64,000 nucleotides of DNA from an uncultured Alphaproteobacteria bacterium (GCA_963762575.1 CAVXLL010000014.1:235811-299810); one strand, 5' to 3'. Positions 27,292-37,566 are shown, numbered from the stretch's first letter. The notes: a model not told the origin generated them from the letters alone. A program made the numbers and translations.

Positions 27292-28493
27292 CTAAGCCTC
27301 CGCTTGCGCGAGATGACAAAAGCTTCGTCCCAGAACCACAAGCCGCCATGCTCTCGCAGTACCGCTTGTGTGGCGTCGAGATAGGCGCGATCGGCAAGCG
27401 CCGCAGACAGGCGCCCATCGTCGATCTGGGCGACATAGACGGCCGCGTTCCAGGCCGCCCACAAGGTTGAAGTCCCGATCGCGTCACTGATTTCGCTCGG
27501 CAGCGTGTGCATCTCGTAGCGGAAGAGCGAGCGAGCATCGGGGTAGGCGGCGAGGTTATAGTCGCGACTGACGCTACCGAGCTCGATCTTGGTTGCCCGC
27601 AACAGCTGATGACGATCGCTCCGGAACGGGTTCTCGCCCGGCCAGATCTTTCGGATGATTTCGAGCCCGGGATCATCCCCATGGGAATGGATGACGATCA
27701 GCCTGCCACCAGGCGCCAAAGCCCTAGTCAACGGCGCCAGTATCCGCTTTGCCTTGAACTCGACTGGAGCGCGGGCCCGGTATGGCTGCGAGGCAATGAC
27801 GAGGTCGTAATCGGCGATTGCCGCGCCGCGCCGCGGCCGCACCTGGTCGAGCAGAAATTTGTGGTCGTCGCGGTAAACAACGAGCACGACCGGCCGGTCA
27901 TAGATCGGGTTGCCGCTCCTCGGGCTGATGCGCGCGCGCCAATGTTCGGAGAGAAAAGGCTGCAGATCGGTGATCTGCTGTTCGAATTCGTGCGCCGTCG
28001 TACCAGTCAGCGCCACCTCGTGCCACATCAGTCCAGTAGCGGCGGCCATTGAATTGGGCACCAGCCACGGCGCTTCCGAATAGTACATGTTGGTCATGAC
28101 GAGAACGGTGGCCGGATGCTCGAACAGCCGGTCCGGCATCTTGTCGAGCACGAGGCGGACGTCCTCGAGGCTGATCTCCTTCCCGACGATGTAGCTGGGC
28201 AAGGTCGGAAAGCGCTGGTGCATAGCGCGCATCACGCGCGTCAGCACAGTGCCGTCGCCGACCCCGGCGTCGAAAATGCGAATGGCGGGCGGCCGCGGAT
28301 AGATATTACCCAATTCCATCGCGACCCGTTGCGCGACGACCCACTTCTCGCTACAGGTATTGACGAACAGCAGGTATTTCTGTCGGTTGTCGTAGAAGCG
28401 GAAAACCGGCTCACCGGTCGCCAGCGGCGCGGTGCTCATCGCGACGACTGCCGTATCCACCACTACGGATCCTTTAGGTTTGAAGAAATCCAC
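27288..28493 (-). CDS. Putative SAM-dependent methyltransferase-fold protein, uncharacterised family
   Basis: 401-aa ORF. Contains an IFDAGVGDGTV glycine-rich motif and a second Rossmann-like stretch LAPGGRLIVIH. Start is GTG 28493 or ATG 28439. Translationally coupled to the MTHFR gene. Confidence 0.75.
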   Translation of the reverse strand: MDFFKPKGSVVVDTAVVAMSTAPLATGEPVFRFYDNRQKYLLFVNTCSEKWVVAQRVAMELGNIYPRPPAIRIFDAGVGDGTVLTRVMRAMHQRFPTLPSYIVGKEISLEDVRLVLDKMPDRLFEHPATVLVMTNMYYSEAPWLVPNSMAAATGLMWHEVALTGTTAHEFEQQITDLQPFLSEHWRARISPRSGNPIYDRPVVLVVYRDDHKFLLDQVRPRRGAAIADYDLVIASQPYRARAPVEFKAKRILAPLTRALAPGGRLIVIHSHGDDPGLEIIRKIWPGENPFRSDRHQLLRATKIELGSVSRDYNLAAYPDARSLFRYEMHTLPSEISDAIGTSTLWAAWNAAVYVAQIDDGRLSAALADRAYLDATQAVLREHGGLWFWDEAFVISRKRRLR

Positions 28494-28847
28494 TGATCAC
28501 TCGATTGACGTCGCCGGCCTTCTCCATATGCGCCGAAGTGCATGTGCCCGCTCCCCTTAATGTCTACCGGCATCGGGCTGATCTTAGCCAGGAGTTCGGG
28601 CGGCGCAATGCCACCTTTTGGGTCAGCTGGAAAGTGCCTGTGGCAGGAACCGGGTGGAATGGGCAGAAACGAGCTGTCCGCGAACGCAATCGGCGCAAGC
28701 ACGCACCAGCCTTGTTCGGCGAGACGCGATCAACGCCGAAAACGCAAATCCGAATGCCGACATGATCCAGTCGAGCGCCGCGAGGCGGGTGTGGTAACGA
28801 AATAGGTTGCCCAAATTTGATGCATTACTGATACGCGCTATGCCCGC

Positions 28848-30422
28848 TTGTTCGGCACGCCGGGCGCCCGGTACATGTCCCGTTTGGCTGGTACAACGGG
28901 GTGCGCATTGCTCGATGAACCCACCTCCCGGGACCAGTTCCCGGAGGCCCTGTCGATCGAAGCCAAATCGGCGCGAAGGCTCGTGCTGGCGGCCGTCATG
29001 ATGGCGACCTTCATGGCGGCGATGGAAAGCTCGATCGTCGCCACCGCGATGCCGACGATCGTCGCTGAGCTTGGCGGGTTTCACCTGTTCAGCTGGGCCT
29101 TTGCCGCCTATCTGTTGCCCCAGGCGGTGACGATCCCGATTTATGGACGCCTCGCCGATCTCTACGGCCGCAAACGCGTCTTCTTCGCTGGGGCGGGGCT
29201 GTTCCTGTTCGCCTCGACCTTGTGTGGCCTCGCCTGGGGCATGCTGCCGCTGGTGCTGTTCCGGGCACTGCAAGGGGCGGGAGCCGGCGCGATCCAGCCG
29301 ATCGCGATCACCATCATCGGCGACATCTATCGGCCGACCGAACGGGCTCGGGTACAGGGTTACATCTCCGGCGTTTTTGGTGTCGCTGCGATCATCGGCC
29401 CCATGCTCGGCGCCTTCCTCGTCGAGCATGTGACCTGGTCTCTCGTGTTCTGGATCAATCTGCCGATCGGGGCCGTGACGTTCCTGATGTTCGGCCTGTT
29501 CCTGCACGAAGGCCAAGCGCCGCGTCGGCATCGGATCGATTATCTCGGCTCGGCATTGATGATGTTCGGTGCCGGCGCGCTGATGTTGGCGCTGGTGGAG
29601 GTCGGGAATTCGGGCGAGATGGCGACGATAGCGTCGCTCGCGGCGGGCGGCGTGGTTGCTTTGTTGGCGCTGGCAGCCCATGAACGTGGTGCAGCAGAGC
29701 CGATATTGCCGCTGAAGCTCTGGCGGGACCGGGTCATCGCAGTTGGCAGCCTCAGCGGGTTCACGGGCGGCATGGTCATGATGTCGATCAACGCCTTTCT
29801 GCCCCTCTACGTGCAAGGGGCGATGGGCCGCAGCCCGGCGGCGGCTGGACTGGCCCTCGGCGCTGCGTCGGTCAGCTGGACGTTTGCCAGCGTAGCGGCC
29901 GGCCGGCTGATGATCCGCACGTCCTACCGGCTGGCGGCGACCGTCGGCGGCGCGTTTCTGATTGCCGGCACGTTGGTGCTGATGACGCTCGGTCCCGCGA
30001 GCGGCCTTCTTTGGGCCGGCGCTGGCTCCCTCCTGATCGGAACCGGCATGGGCTTCTGCAACACCGCGTTTCTCGTCTCGACCCAAGCCAGCGCAGGTTG
30101 GAACGAGCGCGGGATGGCCACGTCGTCGATCATGTTCATGCGCATCGTCGGTAACTCGGTTGGCGCGGCCGTGTTCGGTGCGATACTCAATTTCGGCATC
30201 AACCGCCGCATCCCCGAAGCCGGCGATGCCGTCAACCGTCTGCTTGAGCCGGCAGCACGCCACGGCCTCGGCGCCGCCGAGATTTGCCGGTTGAGTGAGG
30301 CGGTCGCGAGCTCACTGCATATCGTCTATGTTGTTGCCGGGCTTGTCGCAGTCGTGAGCCTTTTTCTGGCATTGTCATTGCCGACGAGGCTCAGTCCGAC
30401 CCGTCCGCCCACGCGGCGTTGA
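28848..30422 (+). CDS. MFS transporter, DHA2 (14-TMS, EmrB/QacA-like) type
   Basis: MATFMAAMESSIVATAMPTIVAELGG..PIYGRLADLYGRKRVF..ALQGAGAGAI and about 14 hydrophobic segments. Exact start uncertain. Confidence 0.88.
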   Translation: MFGTPGARYMSRLAGTTGCALLDEPTSRDQFPEALSIEAKSARRLVLAAVMMATFMAAMESSIVATAMPTIVAELGGFHLFSWAFAAYLLPQAVTIPIYGRLADLYGRKRVFFAGAGLFLFASTLCGLAWGMLPLVLFRALQGAGAGAIQPIAITIIGDIYRPTERARVQGYISGVFGVAAIIGPMLGAFLVEHVTWSLVFWINLPIGAVTFLMFGLFLHEGQAPRRHRIDYLGSALMMFGAGALMLALVEVGNSGEMATIASLAAGGVVALLALAAHERGAAEPILPLKLWRDRVIAVGSLSGFTGGMVMMSINAFLPLYVQGAMGRSPAAAGLALGAASVSWTFASVAAGRLMIRTSYRLAATVGGAFLIAGTLVLMTLGPASGLLWAGAGSLLIGTGMGFCNTAFLVSTQASAGWNERGMATSSIMFMRIVGNSVGAAVFGAILNFGINRRIPEAGDAVNRLLEPAARHGLGAAEICRLSEAVASSLHIVYVVAGLVAVVSLFLALSLPTRLSPTRPPTRR

Positions 30423-30578
30423 AGGCGGTCTGCACACAGCCGATGTGCCCCTACCCGCAGCGAGCGCAGTAACGTGGATCTACTAGATGCGAGAGCGGCG
30501 GCGGAAGGGTCCTCTGTCCCTACTACAGTTGCCGCTGTCGTCGTGCCACTACAGCGATGCCGGAAATTTCTGAGTTCA

Positions 30579-30632
30579 GGTTCGCACCCAACTCTCCGGT
30601 AGAGGAAAGCGGATTCGAACCATCGGTCCCGC
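30579..30632 (-). repeat. TLH repeat copy
   Basis: rc: GCGGGACCGATGGTTCGAATCCGCTTTCCTCTACCGGAGAGTTGGGTGCGAACC. Confidence 0.8.
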
Positions 30633-30748
30633 TTGGAGAAAAGCGGTGGTTCCGAAACGCGAGCATCCGCGAGCTGCATCGCGCAGCCTACCGGGGCGGG
30701 CCGCAAACGATATCGGCGCGGACGACCGTCAGGCAGCCGGCGATCAAA

Positions 30749-30991
30749 TCATAGCAACACGGCTACGGCGTCGGAGCTGCAGGTGAGAGCTGTGGGCTGA
30801 ACAGCGGTAACCTCAATATCTTGAGCGAGGCGCGGATACATGCGCCGGAGCTGATCAGCGAGCAAGTCAGCGTCGACCCGAACGAAGAAGTGCTTTGCTC
30901 GTCTTTGGTCAGTAGAAAAGTTCGACGCTGATGCGTCATACCATCCGATGATTGTTTTGTCGAACTTTTTCCGAAGAGCGATGCAATACAT
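30749..30991 (-). CDS. Hypothetical small protein in an AT-richer stretch
   Basis: 80-aa ORF (MYCIALRKKFDKTIIGWYDASASNFSTDQRRAKHFFVRVDADLLADQL..) with non-shadow composition. No homology recognised. Confidence 0.3.
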   Translation of the reverse strand: MYCIALRKKFDKTIIGWYDASASNFSTDQRRAKHFFVRVDADLLADQLRRMYPRLAQDIEVTAVQPTALTCSSDAVAVLL

Positions 30992-31289
30992 GATTTGGGG
31001 TCTTCACAGCTGGATTTCTTGAATCCTTGATGTGGCGGGCAGGCTCAAAGCTGATTTGCTCGTGATACTTTGGACAGTGCATCACGTTAAAATCAAGTCG
31101 CTGCCGTATGCTGTCACGAAGCAAAGGTCCTGCATTTTGGCTGTCTGTCTAACCGGCCGGCAGCTCATGGCGATATCCTGGCATGCAAGGATATCGGCAG
31201 AGAAAATGACAGCATGCTTTCGCTGACGTTAATTTTTCGTAACTTCCATTTGACGGCACGGGGTGCGGAGTCGTGGCGGCAGGTTCTTC

Positions 31290-31529
31290 AACCAACTCCG
31301 CAGCCCTCAGAGTTCCTCTAACTCACCGCTGGAACAAGCTGGATCGAACCGTCAGTACCGCGTGAGACGACCAAGATTTCGAGAGAGGGGCTCGTGTCGG
31401 CTCTCCTTGCCGCAACGGAGAAGGCGGCGCGACGAGACCCGATATCACGACGAGGGCGGGGGGTCTTCCGCGGGACCGATGGTTCGAATCCGGCTTCCTC
31501 CAGCGGCAAGTCAGCGGCGAACCCGACCC
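31290..31529. repeat. TLH repeat, inverted pair
   Basis: Partial minus-orientation copy around 31300-31362 (..CACCGCTGGAACAAGCTGGATCGAACCGTCAGTACC) and plus copy 31470-31529 (GCGGGACCGATGGTTCGAATCCGGCTTCCTCCAGCGGCAAGTCAGCGGCGAACCCGACCC). Confidence 0.75.
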
Positions 31530-31758
31530 GAGAGCACCTCGCCTGCCTGAGAAGCGCTGGATTTGGGAGTCTTCTGGCGCTGGAACGCTTGAGGGAGCGG
31601 CATCAGAGGGTCTTAATCGCCTGCTCACCCCGCTGAACACAGTGAAGAGCCAGGCGCCGGAAACCGGAAATGTGGAGGTAGCGATTCGGGACGGCTGAAC
31701 AGCGGGTGTTCTTCAGGCGCTCTTAATCCGATTTCGCCCATGGTCGGCAAAACGCCCC

Positions 31759-32315
31759 ATGAGCCCGCCGGAGTACGCCATGCCAGCCCCCAATGTGTCC
31801 GTCGAAGTGAGCGAAGCGAACGAATTGGCCGAGGCGCGAGGCGACGAAGCAGCTGCGAAGACGGCCGCGCGGGAGCGCCGCGAAGCGGAGCGGGTTATCA
31901 CCGATTGGGAAGACGAGACGCGACGGCTCAGCCACGTGCTCGCCTTGCTGACGCTGAATACCTCCGAGATGACGACCGAGAAGTGGGCCTGCCGATTTAT
32001 CGTAGCGCTCCGCCCGGCCGTCGAAGACTGCACCTTCCTTTTTTACGGAGCCAAATTCGCGGCTCTCTTGGAACTGCCGGAGACGGCCAATCGGTCGTCC
32101 CTATGGTCGAGCAGCTACCGGCGCGGTATGTGCCGGTGTTTACGAGAGGCTGCATCAACGCGAGGTTGCGAGGCATTCCCGTACGGCTGCACGGCTCAGC
32201 CGACCGCGACGACGGACGGCAGGAGCTCTGCCGGGCAGCGTTTATCCGCTTGAGCCTCGATACGTATCGGCAGCGACACTTCTCGCTCGGCGCGTTCAAT
32301 TGCCGCGTGATTTGA
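31759..32315 (+). pseudogene. Conserved hypothetical (PAS-like fold suspected), frameshift near 32090
   Basis: Frame 31759-32253 carries the N-terminal part. The C-terminal part (VVPMVEQLPARYVPVFTRGC..GRQELCRAAFIRLSLDTYRQRHFSLGAFNCRVI) is in frame 31740-32315. The same C-terminal motif recurs at 40390-40495. Confidence 0.45.
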
Positions 32316-32459
32316 ACCGCGAACTGCGGCGTCGGCCGCAAAGGTATTCACAGGACGCGCCGCGGATTTGGTAACTGTCTGAAACAGCACTCGGTTCACC
32401 GAGTGCAGGGATCGGATTTTCACGGATGGAGCTCGCGGGGGCAAAGAAGCGCTCTGCGG

Positions 32460-34476
32460 CTAGCCTAACTTCGCCGAATTCGACCCGCCGTTCCGGAATT
32501 TTCGCCGGGCAAGTCATTGAACGACAAGGAGCGCGGCGGGCCAAAACGCCGAAAATCGGCTGTAGTGCCGACCAAGTCTATTCTCTCGGCCGCCAATGTG
32601 CCGATAATCGCCGGCCATCATGTTCTTGCGCTGCAAAGTTCGCCGGAAGGATGGCAAGCAACATCGCTATTGGAGCGTTGTCGAGAACACGCGGACCGCC
32701 AGGGGGCGCGTGGTGCAGCGGCACGTGCTGTACCTGGGCGAGATCAACGACACGCAGGAGTTGGCGTGGCGGCGCTCAATCGAGGTGCTTAAGGAAGGCG
32801 CCACGCAACCGCGGACGCTGTCGCTGTTTCCGGAAGACCGCGGCGCAGGAGTGCTGGCGGACACCTCGATCGTCCACGTCAAGCTGTCGCAGTTGCAGTT
32901 GCGCCGGCCACGGCAGTGGGGTGCGTGCTGGCTGGCGTTGATGCTGTGGCGTGAGCTGCAGCTCGATCAGTTCTGGTCGAAGCGGCTGGGGGTGAGCCGC
33001 AAGGGGACGCGCTGGGATCAGGTCCTGTTCGTGCTGGTCGCCTATCGCCTGCTGGCGCCGGGCAGCGAATGGCGCCTGCACCGCGAGTGGTTTCAGCGCA
33101 GCGCCGTGGCCGATCTCTTGGGCCAGGATGCCGGGCTCGCCGAGATCCACAAGCTGTATCGTTGTCACGACCGACTGCTCGCGCACAAGCAAGCGGTCTT
33201 CGATCACCTGGTGGGACGGTGGCGCGATCTGTTCAACATCAGCTACGACGTGCTGCTCTACGATCTGACGAGCACCTATTTCGAGGCGGATCCACCGTTC
33301 CCGGAAGGCGACAAGCGCCGCTTCGGGTACTCGCGCGATCATCGACCCGATTGTGTGCAGATCGTCATTGCCCTGGTGGTGACGCCCGAAGGCCTGCCGC
33401 TGGCCTATGAGGTGCTGGCCGGCAACACTGCGGACAAGACGACATTGCGGGGGTTTCTCGACCACATCGAGCGACAATACGGCAAGGCGCGCCGCGTCTG
33501 GCTGATGGACCGCGGCGTGCCGACCGAAGAGGTGCTCGCCGAAATGCGCGCGGCCGACCCGCCGGTGCATTACCTGGTGGGCACGCCGAAGGGTCGCTTG
33601 ACGCGTTTGGAGAAGCATCTGATTGCCAAGCCGTGGCAAGAGGCGCGACCCGGCGTGCAGGTCAAGCTGTTGGCGCAAGAGGGTGAACTCTATGTCCTTG
33701 CCCAGAGCCGCGACCGCGTCGCCAAAGAGCGTGCGATGCGGCGGCGGCAGCTGAAGCGGCTGTGGGCCCGGCTCAGGCAACTCGCTACAATGGCGCTCGC
33801 GCGCGAGGAGCTGCTCATGAAACTCGGTGCCGCGCGCGATCAGTCCCGCGCCGCCTGGCGTCTGGTCACGATCGAGGTCGCCGCAGACAGCGCCACGTTC
33901 AGCTATCGGCTCGATCGCAATAAGCTGCGGCAGGCACGATCGCGCGAAGGCCGGTATCTGTTGCGCACCAACCTCGTCGAGGAAGACCCCGCAAAGCTGT
34001 GGAGCCATTATCTGCTGCTGGTGGCGGTCGAAGAGGCGTTCAAGAACCTCAAGGGCGACCTGGCGATCCGGCCGGTCTTTCACCAGATTGAGGCACGCGT
34101 TGAGGCGCACGTCTTCATCGCCTTCCTGGCCTATTGCCTGCACGTCACTCTTGCGCGGCGCTTGCATGCGCTGGCGCCCGGGCTGACGCCGCGCAGCGTG
34201 CTGGAAAAGTTCGCCGCCGTGCAGATGATCGATGTGCACCTGCCGACCACCGACGGCCGCGAGATGATGCTCACCCGCTATACCGAGCCCGAACCCGAGC
34301 TCAGCCTCTTGCTGAATAAGCTCGAAACTGGAGCTTCCCGCCCAACCACCACCTAAAATCACCGCCATCCCGCCGACGCTACCCACCTCGCTGTAGTGCC
34401 GACCTACGGGGGTCCACCTCAGCGATCTCAGACACTTAGGCGCTTAAAAGTGCTCCAATCGGCGAAGTTCGGCTAG
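32460..34476 (+). mobile_element. IS1634/IS4-like insertion sequence, intact copy
   Basis: Terminal IRs CTAGCCTAACTTCGCCG (32460-) and CGGCGAAGTTCGGCTAG (-34476). Ends defined by comparison with the inverted copy at 48842-50844. Single 578-aa transposase. Confidence 0.88.
32620..34356 (+). CDS. IS1634/IS4-family DDE transposase
   Basis: 578 aa. MFLRCKVRRKDGKQHRYWSVVENTRTARGRVVQRHVLYLGEIN N-terminus is typical of IS1634-group transposases. Also YDLTSTYFE, RDHRPDCVQIV, VWLMDRGV, EEAFKNLKGDLAIRPVFH. Confidence 0.93.
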   Translation: MFLRCKVRRKDGKQHRYWSVVENTRTARGRVVQRHVLYLGEINDTQELAWRRSIEVLKEGATQPRTLSLFPEDRGAGVLADTSIVHVKLSQLQLRRPRQWGACWLALMLWRELQLDQFWSKRLGVSRKGTRWDQVLFVLVAYRLLAPGSEWRLHREWFQRSAVADLLGQDAGLAEIHKLYRCHDRLLAHKQAVFDHLVGRWRDLFNISYDVLLYDLTSTYFEADPPFPEGDKRRFGYSRDHRPDCVQIVIALVVTPEGLPLAYEVLAGNTADKTTLRGFLDHIERQYGKARRVWLMDRGVPTEEVLAEMRAADPPVHYLVGTPKGRLTRLEKHLIAKPWQEARPGVQVKLLAQEGELYVLAQSRDRVAKERAMRRRQLKRLWARLRQLATMALAREELLMKLGAARDQSRAAWRLVTIEVAADSATFSYRLDRNKLRQARSREGRYLLRTNLVEEDPAKLWSHYLLLVAVEEAFKNLKGDLAIRPVFHQIEARVEAHVFIAFLAYCLHVTLARRLHALAPGLTPRSVLEKFAAVQMIDVHLPTTDGREMMLTRYTEPEPELSLLLNKLETGASRPTTT

Positions 34477-34700
34477 GCAGGCACCGGGAGTTTTCCGTTC
34501 CTAGCGCTGGCGTGTCCGTTGGTTTGAGGCGTCCCCGAGAGGCCGATTGACCAGCGACCCGCTTCACTCCGAACAACCTGGCCGTCTTGCTCCATGCGCT
34601 CCAATGCGATTTCGGTTCGGTCGGCTAGGTACTCGATCGCTTTGGCGATCTGGGCCGCCGTCATCGGCTGACCGGAAAACGACAACTCCCGCACGATCAA
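34473..34700 (-). CDS. Small winged-helix-like hypothetical protein, probably 3'-truncated by the IS
   Basis: 75-aa ORF (..MTAAQIAKAIEYLADRTEIALERMEQDGQVVRSEAGRWSI..). Its stop codon (34473-34475) lies inside the terminal CTAG of the IS. Confidence 0.4.
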   Translation of the reverse strand: MIVRELSFSGQPMTAAQIAKAIEYLADRTEIALERMEQDGQVVRSEAGRWSIGLSGTPQTNGHASARNGKLPVPA

Positions 34701-35012
34701 TTTGCGGATCGGCCGGCGGTCACGCCGCTGGCGCGGTTCCTGGACGTCGGCTGCTCAAGACGATGGAGCCTCGTCGCCCCCGGAATCGGGGAGGAATGTC
34801 GGTGGCACCGCGTATCGTATCGCGACAACTGGCCTTCGTGGAGGATTGAAGTGGGGCGGGTGGTGCCGGCGACGGCGGCCGCCACGGCAGTGGCTGCGGG
34901 CCGTCCTGCCAATTCTAGCTCAGTGAGGCCCCGGTGGCACCGCCAAAGGGCCGCTCGGCGCGCCGAACATCAGAACCGGCCAACCCACGCAGATTTTCGC
35001 TAGGAAATCGCG

Positions 35013-36620
35013 ATGACGTTCAGCGCGCTCAAGCACGCCGCGGTTCAGACCGCGGCGCCCCTCGGTCCGGCATTGTTCCTGGCTATCCTGTCGCTCTGGG
35101 TCTTTACCCGAAACAACGATTTTCCGCTCGATTATCACCCCGACGAGCGGGGTAAAGTTCTGCAATTGATCGACCCGACACATACGCGAAATTTCAACCA
35201 CCCGCTCCTGATGCTTGAAGCGGCAGCCGCAGTCCGCGACTGGTTACACATAGATAACGACGAGCGCGCGAACGTGATCGCCGGACGATGGGCTTCCGCT
35301 GCTCTCGCTTCGATCGCCGTGCTCGCCTTAGCGGTCGCCGGCTACTACGCCGCCGGTTATCAGGGGCTGGTGATCTGCGGCAGCATGGCTGCGCTCTGTC
35401 CCCCGCTGAACGTCTATGCGCATTTTTTCAAAGAGGATACCGCGTTGGTCGCTGGCTTGGCTGTCGCGATTTTGGGTGCAACCCGGCTCATTGCCACGGA
35501 TCAGCGGTCGAAACAGGGGTTCGCGGCTGCACTGATGGGCGTTGGATGCGCTGCCGCGCTCAGCGGCAAATATGTCGGCTTGGCCATTGTCGGCCCATGC
35601 CTGGTCACCATCTGTGTGGCGCCGGGCTTCGCACTGCGACTGTTGCTGCTCCGGTTCGTCACGTTCGCCGTGCCCGCGGTCGCGGGCGTTTTCGCATTCA
35701 ATGTGTATGCGTTCCAGAGCCTCGTCCCTCCGCGACTTATCCCTGGGGCGTTGCAAAGGATGGGGGGCGAATTCATCGACGCGACGACGGGCCATGAAGG
35801 CCTCGCCCTCTCCATCCCGAACACCTTCTCCCTCAAGGTCAGCCTTAGTGAGATGATGCCTGATGTGTGGCTATTTTTGGCATTCGGCATGGTCGCATTG
35901 ATGGCGCGTTGGGTGTTTGATCGTTCGACGGTTGTGCTCGGCTTTTTCCTGCTGACGTTCGGCGTCGTGCTCAGCTACAGTTCCTTTCCGTTTCCCCGTT
36001 ACGCGTTGCCGATAACCGTGCTCGGTTACTTCGTTTCTGGCCAGCTGATTGCATCTGCACTTCGGGGCTTGAAGCAGCCGAGACGGTTCAAACAAGCCAT
36101 GGTCGCACTCTGTCTTGGCTTCATTTTAGCCTTGCAGGGGACGCGCTGCTGGCGTTTCGATATACAGTTCGCCGACGACAGCCGGCAGCGGCTTCACGAG
36201 TGGGCCGCGCGGAATCTGCCCGTCGAGGCAACAATTTTGGTGGAAGACTACACCGGCCTCGATGGACCGGGCGACCCTTGGCGGCATCCGGACCAAGCCA
36301 CAATTCAAGCGCGAGTGCTGAGGGCGAGGTCTGCTGCGGATCAGGGGAAGAGCATTGGGCAGCTGAAGGCGGCGGGGATCGACTACGTGGTCGTCGCGGA
36401 GCCCCGTTATGAACGATACTTCCGATCCGCCATTCATGGCGGTTCTTTCGGACAGCCGGAGGATTTAACCGAACACCAGCGGTTCTATCGCGAACTGTTC
36501 GCAGGTGCCGACCTCGTGTGGTCCTCTGTTCCGTCGCCGGCGAGCCACGCCTACTTGGATCCCCAATTGCGGGTGTACCGTCTTTCCGACGCAACCACGA
36601 GCGCTTTGAAGTCAGAGTAA
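35013..36620 (+). CDS. Membrane glycosyltransferase, ArnT/PMT-like (GT39/GT83-type)
   Basis: 535 aa with about 10 N-terminal TM segments, YHPDERGK and FFKEDTAL loop motifs, and a soluble C-terminal domain. Confidence 0.8.
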   Translation: MTFSALKHAAVQTAAPLGPALFLAILSLWVFTRNNDFPLDYHPDERGKVLQLIDPTHTRNFNHPLLMLEAAAAVRDWLHIDNDERANVIAGRWASAALASIAVLALAVAGYYAAGYQGLVICGSMAALCPPLNVYAHFFKEDTALVAGLAVAILGATRLIATDQRSKQGFAAALMGVGCAAALSGKYVGLAIVGPCLVTICVAPGFALRLLLLRFVTFAVPAVAGVFAFNVYAFQSLVPPRLIPGALQRMGGEFIDATTGHEGLALSIPNTFSLKVSLSEMMPDVWLFLAFGMVALMARWVFDRSTVVLGFFLLTFGVVLSYSSFPFPRYALPITVLGYFVSGQLIASALRGLKQPRRFKQAMVALCLGFILALQGTRCWRFDIQFADDSRQRLHEWAARNLPVEATILVEDYTGLDGPGDPWRHPDQATIQARVLRARSAADQGKSIGQLKAAGIDYVVVAEPRYERYFRSAIHGGSFGQPEDLTEHQRFYRELFAGADLVWSSVPSPASHAYLDPQLRVYRLSDATTSALKSE

Positions 36621-37154
36621 CGAACAGGGCGCGATCTGTGATTATCGTAGCCCGACGGGATCAGAGAGCAGTATGCAAGCAGGCAAGGTCGCGGCATGGT
36701 TCATTGACGGCGACTATGACGGTACGCACCTTCTGCTATCGCCGACAATCCATCCGTGCACCGTCTTGTGTTACCTAACCTACGATGCATTGGACAAATG
36801 CGAGCGCCAATTTAGGGCGGTCGGCTCTTCCGAGGAAGCCGAAGGTCACCAACACGGTCAGGATGGGCTTCTATTTCGGTTTGATTGCCGGGTTGCCGCC
36901 CGGCGTGCCGGAGGGCGGGACCACCGGCATGCGGTCACCGGAAGGGGGCGGCGTCTGTTTCATTTGCGGATCGACCCCGATCGGGGGCGTAATGACCCCG
37001 CCCGAGCGGCTCAGCTCGGAGCTGCTGGATCCGCTCGCCGGCGTCGACGCATTGCCGGAAGGACCGGATGGAGCGTGTTCGAAACGCCGCCGAAATTGAC
37101 ATCCATCACGCGGTGCAGCTCGTCGGTTGCTCGGCGACGCCGACAAACTGCCCC

Positions 37155-37180
37155 CCCCCCGCGCGGGGGGATAAAAACTC
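37155..37180. repeat. GC hairpin + ATAAAAACTC tail motif, copy 3
   Basis: CCCCCCGCGCGGGGGG (37155-37170) followed by ATAAAAACTC. Confidence 0.8.
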
Positions 37181-37384
37181 CCCGATGAGTTTTGCTACCT
37201 GAACCATCTCGACGGGATTGGCTCGACCCGATGCTGGCATTTCTTGGCACGAGACGATCAACCGGACGTGGGCGGCGGCATTGCCGAGGCGTCATCGGTG
37301 GGCCGGGCTCGGAGAGGATTGACGTTTTCCTGACGTGCTTTTGACAAAGGTTGCAGGCACCCGTCCAGGGAGTTTGCGATGCCC

Positions 37385-37530
37385 GACCCACTCAGAGGCT
37401 TGAGGCGCAGGAAGAGGTGAAACGTGGCAATTATGATGCGGCGGTCCTGGACATCAACCTAAATGGCGAGCGGGTTTATTCAGTCTGCGAGACTTTGTCG
37501 GGCCGAAATATCCCCTACTTTCAAAGTTAA
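37385..37530 (+). pseudogene. Response-regulator receiver domain fragment
   Basis: ..LEAQEEVKRGNYDAAVLDINLNGERVYSVCETLSGRNIPYFQS resembles the central part of a CheY-like receiver. No start or phospho-acceptor region present. Confidence 0.4.
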
Positions 37531-37566
37531 GGGAGCTAGCGAAATGGTCATCACCGGAGGCTACAG

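Noticed and set aside
28500-28765. Possible SAM-type riboswitch or leader upstream of the methyltransferase-MTHFR pair.
   Set aside because: The region instead translates (minus strand) into remnants of an alpha/beta hydrolase (MSAFGFAFSALIA.. and ..GIAPPELLAKISPMPVDIKGSGHMHF). I recognised no riboswitch consensus.
28623-30263. 546-aa minus-strand ORF opposite the MFS transporter. Similar long antisense ORFs occur at 3776-4777, 6563-7447, 32776-34386, 41258-42535, 58208-59191 and 63021-63980.
   Set aside because: These have Arg/Ala/Gly/Pro-rich, low-complexity composition and lie exactly antisense to well-supported genes. They are typical high-GC shadow ORFs.
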